Assembly (NCBI GenBank): GCA_002269645.1
Contig: NIVC01003274.1
Location: forward strand, 1 to 64,000
Source of the DNA: Macrostomum lignano
Taxonomy: Eukaryota
Reading direction: 5' to 3'
DNA length: 64,000 nucleotides
This document shows, piece by piece, positions 56,786 to 64,000 of this stretch. Numbering within the stretch: position 1 is the first letter of the stretch; the number at the start of each line of letters is the position of its first letter. The notes under the pieces were generated by a model. The model did not search any database, was not told the DNA's origin, and saw only the letters and a program-made list of their open reading frames with translations. A program made the translations under genes and the position numbers.

Positions 56786-58742
56786 ATGGAGCCAGCAGAG
56801 ATAGAGTTTTTGGCCGAGAATGAGCTGATCGAAATCGTTCCAAATTTTCATCACGGTCCCATGCACCTGCTGTGCGGCACATTTGGCCCATTCGAACCAG
56901 CCGTCCAAATGCAGGTTGGTTTGTTAAGTGTTGTCTAGATACAAGCATTTTGTGCGAATATCTATACACTAGTGGTAGCTGTCTGGACATTGTGCGAGTA
57001 TCTAGTGAAGTAGAACGCTGTTTGCTTCCCGGTTGGCGCCCTCAGGTTAACCTAAATCTCGGGCTCTTCTGTGGGAAGTCTTCTTAGCTCTCAGTAGCGT
57101 AGGTAGTGCTGCCAACAGTTCCTTCAGGTCTCGGCCTTCGGTAAGGTGAGCTTTCCGTCGGAACGAAATAAACAAGTCAACGAACTCAGCACAGCGTGCA
57201 GATTTGCAGATTAATGAACAAGGCGTCCTGGTCAGCAGATCCCGCCGGGCTCAGGGGGTGGCTGGGAAGGCAGTTCTAGCCTCCCTTAGGCTTGGGCGTC
57301 TAAGTTTAGTCAGGCCAATTACAGATAGCTTAAATGGGCAACTGAACGAAGTCTGGAAAACTATACTAAAGAAGCACAATAATAAGAAGAAAGACTAAGA
57401 AGACAAATACGACAACTAGGAGACTCCTTGACTGAACCAAGGGTGAGGGGCACGTATTTATAGGCAGGAAATCCCGCTGCGCCAGTGTACGCCGGACCTC
57501 GTGACTGTTCTATTTTTAGAACTGACGTCACCCTCCGCCTTAGAAAAGGCAGGGTCTGCGGGTAAAGTGCACAGGGCCGCATGACTCAGTATCTATTTTT
57601 AGAAACATGAGTCACCTATTACCTTAGATAAGGCAAGGGCCCCGAAGCACGTGATTCCTCCTGTAAACACGGGCCAACGAGTGCAGTAAACATGTTTAAC
57701 TGCACTTTAGGACTTCGAGAAAACAAGACTTGTCAGGTGACTTGCTCACATGACAAGGGAAACGGGCCGCCAGCGTGACCTCAGGACAGGAACGAACCGC
57801 AGAGCAGGCCACAGCAGAGAAGCTCGTGGCTGCAAGCAAGAGCGCAGAGAAGAGGGGGGCGCCAGAGAACAGGCAGCAAAAGGGGAGGGAGGCTGCCCAG
57901 CGGCAGACAGCAACCCAGGGCAAGGGCGAGGACCAAGGAAGCTGCTGACAAAAGTGCGACGCCTGACACCAAACTAGCGGATCACTACACTAGATACTAG
58001 TGGTAGCTGTCTGGACATTGTGCGAGTATCTAGACACTAGTGGTAGCTGTGTGGACATTTTGCGAGTATCTAGACACTATTGGTAGCTGTGTGGACATTG
58101 CGCGAGTATCTAGACACTAGTGATAGCTGTGTGGACATTGTACGAGTATCTGGATACTAGTGGTAGCTGTCTGCAAGTGCCTCATCCCACCTGCGTACCT
58201 GCCCCAAGGTACCGCTATGGCTGGCCCTGGCCCTTCGCACCAAGCAGCGCTGCAGGATCACGCCGCCAGACTGGCTCTCCGTTGAGTCCCTCGCCGAGCT
58301 GAAAGAACGCGAAGAATCCGAACAATTATTCACCCCGGTGTCGAGTCCGCATTTCCGAGAAATTGCTTCACTGTTGCTGCAACACGCCCCGGAAGATGTG
58401 CCGCATTCCGAGCGGGTCCGAGGCCTGATCAAGGATATCTGGGATTTGAGGATGAGCAAACTGCGCCTGAGTTTTCAGTTGTTTCTTAATAGCGACGCCG
58501 CATCGGCCAGGCTGACGCATCTCACTAGGATGGAGATCTACACAATGCGCGCGTTTTTAACCAAATCGCTGGATCAGGTGTTCAAGCTGCGGCATTCGGA
58601 TAAAACTGTGCCAGCCCTGGCCGCTGAACAGGTTGCTGCCAGCAATGCCAGGACCAGGCGGGCTGCTGCTGCGGCTGCTGCTGCTTCTGCTGCTTCTTCT
58701 AGTAGGGGCGGAGCTGCCGGATCTTCCGGTGTGTCACAATGA
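56786..58742 (+). CDS. GINS2: DNA replication complex GINS subunit Psf2, about 220 aa
   Basis: join(56786..56914,58209..58742), phase 0. MEPAEIEFLAENE...GPFEP...|VPLWLA...KQRCRITPPDWL...IKDIWDLRMSKLR...LTHLTRMEI. Confidence 0.95.
56940..58170. repeat. 40-bp minisatellite GACACTAGTGGTAGCTGTGTGGACATTGTGCGAGTATCTA split by the solo LTR
   Basis: Units at 56940-57005 and 57990-58170. Confidence 0.92.
57006..57989 (-). mobile_element. Solo LTR (4-bp TSD, Gypsy-like) in the GINS2 intron
   Basis: TG...CA ends and a perfect TSD CTAG. Removing the element restores a 40-bp minisatellite unit. Minus-strand TATA (CCTATAAATA, about 57460), with TGACTCA, TGAGTCA and TGACGTCA sites. Confidence 0.82.
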
Positions 58743-58859
58743 TCAACTGCTGCTGGCTTACTATTAATAGTAGTTTATTAAGTAGCTGAGCGTTTGTATT
58801 TTTGTGTTTGTAAAGTACATTTTCCAGTTTCTTTATCAACGCGACAAATGCTTATTTAA

Positions 58860-59349
58860 CCCGCTGAAAAGGTTACCGTGACAAGAATCGCTAGAGAGTC
58901 ATTGCAAAAAATTCTCTAGTGACTCCATAGCTACTGCGGGGCGACTCCTGTGACTTTTTAGCGACTCAAACGACTGTTGAGTCACGAGCGCATCACGTGA
59001 GTTGCAGAATGATAAAAGAGTCTTAAAGAAGACGTCCAAGAGTCATTGCGTTAGCGGCGTTAGCGCTTAACTTTCTACTAATTTGTTTGACACGCGATTC
59101 TGATTCATAAAGTGGCGCAGATGCGCTTTAGACGCAACTCAGTGATTCTGCAGCGACTCCAGCACGTCTCAGCTACGACTCTACGGCCCCAGAGTCTTTG
59201 ACTCTTTGACGACTTTTCCCGTGACATCTTGTCGGTTTAGAGTCGTCTAAGAATCATTTCCTTCCAGGTTTTACCTTTGTTAGCGGCAACGACTCTTAGA
59301 TGACGCAAGTGACTCGGGATGGTCTAAAGTAGGTACCGTTTTCATCGGG
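58860..59349. mobile_element. MITE with CCCG ends (CMC- or piggyBac-like)
   Basis: Imperfect TIR CCCGCTGAAAAGGTTACC / GGTACCGTTTTCATCGGG and many internal GACTC/GAGTC motifs. TTAA is present on the left flank only. Confidence 0.6.
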
Positions 59350-60770
59350 TTGTCTCGTCTTTATTGTGCAGTTATTCTATTAAAACATGCATTTTGTATT
59401 TACTTATTAATAAAACGCCTGATTAAATTTACTGTTGTCTTTGTTCCATGGCGAATTGTAATGAAGAAAAATCTACATATATTAATTTATTATTTGTTAT
59501 TGCTCAGACAATAGAGAGGCTCTAAGACAAGAAAGTACGAATTGATTGAAATCGGTTGATACTGCGAGCGTAGTAGCTCTGCCAATGAAATATTGCTACA
59601 AATGGATTTTAAATTGATTCTGAACCAACTACAAATTGGTTTGATACTAGTGGGTAATGCAAACCCGGCCTTTTCTGGAAATAATCAATCTAGTCTTTGA
59701 GCTTAATATCGGTTTATGCTCTATGTACATCATACTTGTCCAGTACGTCTCAGATCTATCTCAGTTTAACTCATATTTGTGATTTACATGTACTTAACTT
59801 ATGGAGAAGGTGCGGGTAAGAGTGCTACAGAGTGTCACACAACCGGCGAGAGGCATTGCTGCCCATTCCGCCGACTCCCCTGAGCAGGCACACAAGCGCG
59901 CGATACGTACGCAGTCATACGCACAGGCACACACGCAACGGAGTGCACAACGGCCCCTAACTTTTTCTATCGTTAGGCCAAGGACCACTAGGAACATTTT
60001 GTTATATCTGGTCTCGAGCCTGGGCTGCTGGCACATCAGAGCGCCGCGCTAGACTACTGCTGAATGACTCGCACAGCTGCCGCATGTCTACACATCACAA
60101 CATATCGTAGTATAAACTACAAGTTCAAGCAGTACGAGAAGTAGACTGCACGAGAATTGTATATAAGAAAGAAGTACACTTGTGATGCACATGCAAACGG
60201 ATTCAAAACCTCACCAACAGCATGCAATTGGCAATCAGTATAAGTTTATATTTTTATAGCCTTTAACTTGACTATTTAATTCCGAATTACTTGTATTTGT
60301 GTTTCAGAGTTGATGCCAATGTACAATATACCGATGCAGTATGTCTTCACAGCTAGAACACCCTAAATTCTCTTTTTCCTTAATTTGTTAAAATCTGCCG
60401 GGTCCAACCGGAAGTAGCTTCTTTTAGCAGTTAAAATACAGGGCAAACAGGCTCTTCTGTGTTGTTTACCGGGTCGCATGACAGCTACCATTCAAGTGCA
60501 GTTTCTACAGTTTAGTGGTAAGAAACCAGAAGCAAGGACAAAACTTGCATGGAAACCACAAAGAAAGATCGAATAGTGACTGCTACTACAGTTCTGGATT
60601 GCGATCTGAGATATGATGGGGCTAAAGTTCTGCAACTGCCGAACTTCTTCAAGTTATATTTATGACCGTTGAATATAAAATTAAAATACCAATGCCCTTC
60701 AGTTTTAAACTTTCAAATAACAAGCAAGAAACGAAAAAAGCAATTATACCAGCATATACTTAAAATTACT

Positions 60771-63700
60771 ATGAAAAGTACGCTTCGGCAGTTGCTGCCT
60801 CTGCTGCTGAGCATGCGAGTTGCTGCATCTTTGGACTGCTCCGATGTTAATCGCACGGGTGAGTCGGTTGCTTTTAAGAGAAGCTCAAATACCAGCAATG
60901 CAAGGCTGAAAATCTTTTGCGATAAATATTTCAGTCACAGTGCAGCTGAGCAGGGCTGACGTTCTGCGCACCTGGCAACCCAGCGGTGCGCACTGCCGTT
61001 GGTGGGAGAGTCGGCAGTCAGAGACAAACCGATTCCCTGCTGCTGTGCGGTCCGGGCCTCGGTGGCTTGTGATGCAGCTGAGGCAGCCGATGATGCTGGA
61101 GGCGGTGAGCGTGCGAGACTGGGGTGAGTGACGTTGACCGACTCATTCTCATAATGCATGATGATGCAGAGGTAGCCTTGGACACAGAGTGTGAGACTGT
61201 GTGAGACCAGCTAGCATCTAATTAGCACTCTGAGACAGTGTGAGACCAGCTAGCATCTAATTAGCACTCTGAGACAGTGTGAGACCAGCTAGCATCTAAT
61301 TAGCACTCTGAGACAGTGTGAGACCAGCTAGCATCTAATTAGCACTCTGAGACAGTGTGAGACCAGCTAGCATCTAATTAGCACTCTGAGACAGTGTGAG
61401 ACCAGCTAGCATCTAATTAGCACTCTGAGACAGTGTGAGACCAGCTTGCATCTAATTAGCACTCTGAGACAGTGTGAGACCAGCTAGCAGCCAAGCACTC
61501 GTGTTGCAGATGGCCAGTGGCTCGCAGCAGCTCCGGTCGGCTCGCCCGTGTCAGCGGTCGGAGCCTCAAACCTCCCGCTGGAGCTGCAGCTGGAGGATCC
61601 GTGCAGCGTCAGCTGGGAGGCCTTGAACGGTAGCGACCGCTGGCGGAGTCTTGATGACTCCAATGGCACCGCCATGGTGAGTTAAAGAGGCAGCTGTTTG
61701 CATGCTGCACATTTTGCACATTCTGAAGAACTCAGTCATTCTGAGCACACCTCCTTCCAGCAGCCAGTGGCCTTCCTTCTGTTCAGCAGCTCCCAGCAGC
61801 TCCAGTGGAGCGCTCTCAATCTGCAAGGTGAGGTCTTTCAGCTCAGTGCTTTGATTTGCAGGTCGCTGAGTTCATTTCACCTCCGCACCCTCAGGCCGCA
61901 CGGCCCCAATGCAGCTGAAGGAGACCAGAAACCCAGTTTGCCTGAACTGCGAGCCCCTCACGTGGAGAAACGGAGATCTGATTGGCTTCTCAGTGAGCAG
62001 CTGCGGCTCCCAGACTCCGAGCTGCTCAGTTCGACTCGTGGATGGCAGCAGACGAGAGGCTGAGCTGGTGAGCGACTGGCCGGCCTTGCCTGACTGATTT
62101 TCCACTTTGAGGCTGAGATCTCATGGCATTCTGCGATTTTCAGCTGTTCTCAAGACCTGGCAGTGATCGGATTCGAGTCACCCATTTTGAGTACCTTATG
62201 GAGGAGACGGAAATTCCGCGGACTCTGACCTGCTGGCAGGGGGACCCAGCGGCTCTGCAGATTGAGAGGGAAATCGCTGTGGCATGCAAGTCTGGGGCAG
62301 CCAATCTGGGGTTTTGCGAGTTCCCACCCGCAGCTGGCATTCAGGGCCCCGTACAGTTTTGGCCCTGTTTAAACCTCTTTATGTACTTTTATTTGCAGCT
62401 TATGGTGGAAGCTTTACTCTGTCGGTCTCTCCGGTGTGGGTCTCCGGCAGGAAGGTTTTCTTAGAAACTGAAGCGCAGCGATTCTTTCCGGAGCCCAGGA
62501 TTCAGTGTTCGATCAGGGCGGTGACGGAGCAGCCTTTGAAAGTGGAGAGCCAGGTGAGGACAGGTGCATTGTCTTTGAGTGAGCGATACCGCTGGCAGCA
62601 CGAGTTGGTCTACAATCTGACCGCAACGCCACAACCCCAAGTTCCCAGTCACCGCGGCCTATCCTTACACAAAGCACACGTAAAATGCAGATACCCCTCA
62701 TTCTGTGTCGTTTAACTTTCAGAACCGGTCTGTAGTGAAGGACAATAAAAGCCGGGTTCTGCTGTCAGTTCGCTCAAGGTTCAGCTTTCACGCATCGCTC
62801 TCAATGCACGGAGGTCAAATTCTGTGCTGGGTGAATCTGACTGAGGATGAAAACTTGGTTGCTATGAAGTACAAGTTAATTCACATTGTAACGCAGATTA
62901 GCGGTGAGAAATGAGCGAATTAAATTCAGACTTCCGTATCTCAGTATTCTGTGTTACCTCTCCCATCACCCCTCACCTAGCCACCCCTCACCTAGCCACC
63001 CCTCACTCAGCCACCCCTCACCCAGCCACCCTCATCCAGCCACCCCTCACAAAGCCACCCCTCACCCAGTTACCCCTCACCCAGCCACCCCTCACCCAGC
63101 CACCCCTCACCCAGCAACCCCTCACCCAGCCACCCTCACCCAGCCACCCCTCACCCAGCCACCCCTCACCCAGCCACCCCTCACCCAGCCATCACTTACA
63201 CAGCCACCCCTCACGCAGCCACCCCTCACCCAGCCACCCTCATCCATCCACCCCTTACACAGCCACCCCTCACCCAGGCACCCCTCACACAGCCACCCCT
63301 CACCCTGCCACCCCTCACCCAGCCACCCTCACCCAGCCACCCCTCACCCAGACACCCCTCACCCAGCCACCCCTCACCCAGCCACCCCTCACCCAGCCAC
63401 CCCTCACCCAGCCATCACTTACACAGCCACCCCTCACGCAGCCACCCCTCACCCAGCCACCCTCATCCATCCACCCCTTACACAGCCACCCCTCACCCAC
63501 GCACCCCTCACACAGCCACCCCTCACCCAGCCACCCCTCACCCAGCCACCCCTCACCCAGCCACCCCTCGCCCAGCAACCCCTTACACAGCCACCCCTCA
63601 CCCAGCCACCCCTCACCCAGCCACCCCTCACCCAGCCACCCCTCACCCAGCCACCCCTCACCCAGCCACCCCTCACCCAGCCACCCCTCACCCAGCCACC

Positions 63701-63902
63701 CCTCACCCAGCCACCGCTCATCCAGCCACCCCTCACCCAGCCACCCCTCACCCAGCCACCCCTCACCCAGCCACCCCTCACCCAGCCAATCGCACGCACT
63801 GCAGAGCCGTGCCAGACGGCCGTAGACCTGGGCTCGAGTCCGCACTGGGAGGTGGGCCAGACCCGCCACATCGCAGTGACCTCCAGCGCCTGCAGCATCT
63901 GA
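60771..63902 (+). CDS. Secreted or cell-surface protein with signal peptide, discoidin (F5/8C)-like and Ig-like segments; 3' end uncertain
   Basis: Exons 60771-60858 (MKSTLRQLLPLLLSMRVAASLDC), 60935-61123, 61510-61676, 61761-61827, 61895-62067, 62144-62285, 62399-62553, 62723-62903, 63805-63902? form one frame if a GC-AG intron is accepted. Motifs WLVMQLRQPMMLEAVSV, SDRWRSLDDSNG, FHASLSMHGGQILCWV and several NxS/T sequons. Confidence 0.6.
61190..61485. repeat. 39-bp minisatellite GTGTGAGACCAGCTAGCATCTAATTAGCACTCTGAGACA
   Basis: About 7 units in intron 2 of the surface-protein gene. Confidence 0.96.
62965..63788. repeat. 15-bp minisatellite CAGCCACCCCTCACC
   Basis: About 55 units; source of the P/T/H-rich artefact ORFs. 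Confidence 0.98.
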
Positions 63903-64000
63903 AATGTGAGCCACAGCTGCCGGCTGCTGCAGGCTGATGGCGCTTCACCCGTGCCGCTCCGCAGAGTTGAAGTACGCTTGCACTGAGACTGGCCAAAGTG

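Noticed and set aside
62904-63996. P/T/H-rich + strand ORFs and GW-rich minus-strand ORFs
   Set aside because: 15-bp minisatellite translations; the GW repeats are not evidence of an Argonaute hook.

Overview
Eukaryotic (animal) genomic DNA, not prokaryotic: intron-containing genes with GT-AG boundaries, GC-rich poly-Q exons, AT-rich intergenic DNA and minisatellite-filled introns. The style most resembles the flatworm Macrostomum lignano (inference only). I hand-assembled nine spliced gene models: an Rb-family pocket protein (-, runs off the left edge), ZFAND4-like (+), WIPI2/Atg18 (-), an unrecognised protein (+), a coiled-coil plus NHL-like propeller protein (-), RACK1 (-) head-to-head with the PP2A catalytic subunit (+), GINS2/Psf2 (+), and a signal-peptide protein with discoidin-like and Ig-like segments (+). 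Non-coding DNA holds about 25 tandem arrays, several non-autonomous DNA transposons with intact TIRs and TSDs, solo LTRs and CORE-type SINEs. Most long ORFs in the supplied track are repeat artefacts or antisense shadows. I found no CRISPR array, rRNA, true tRNA or autonomous transposase, and no clear-cut new biological system. The best leads are the uncharacterised proteins, the RACK1-PP2Ac divergent pair, the LTRs inside housekeeping introns and a few splice or frame anomalies. Coordinates were counted by hand; repeat boundaries are approximate.
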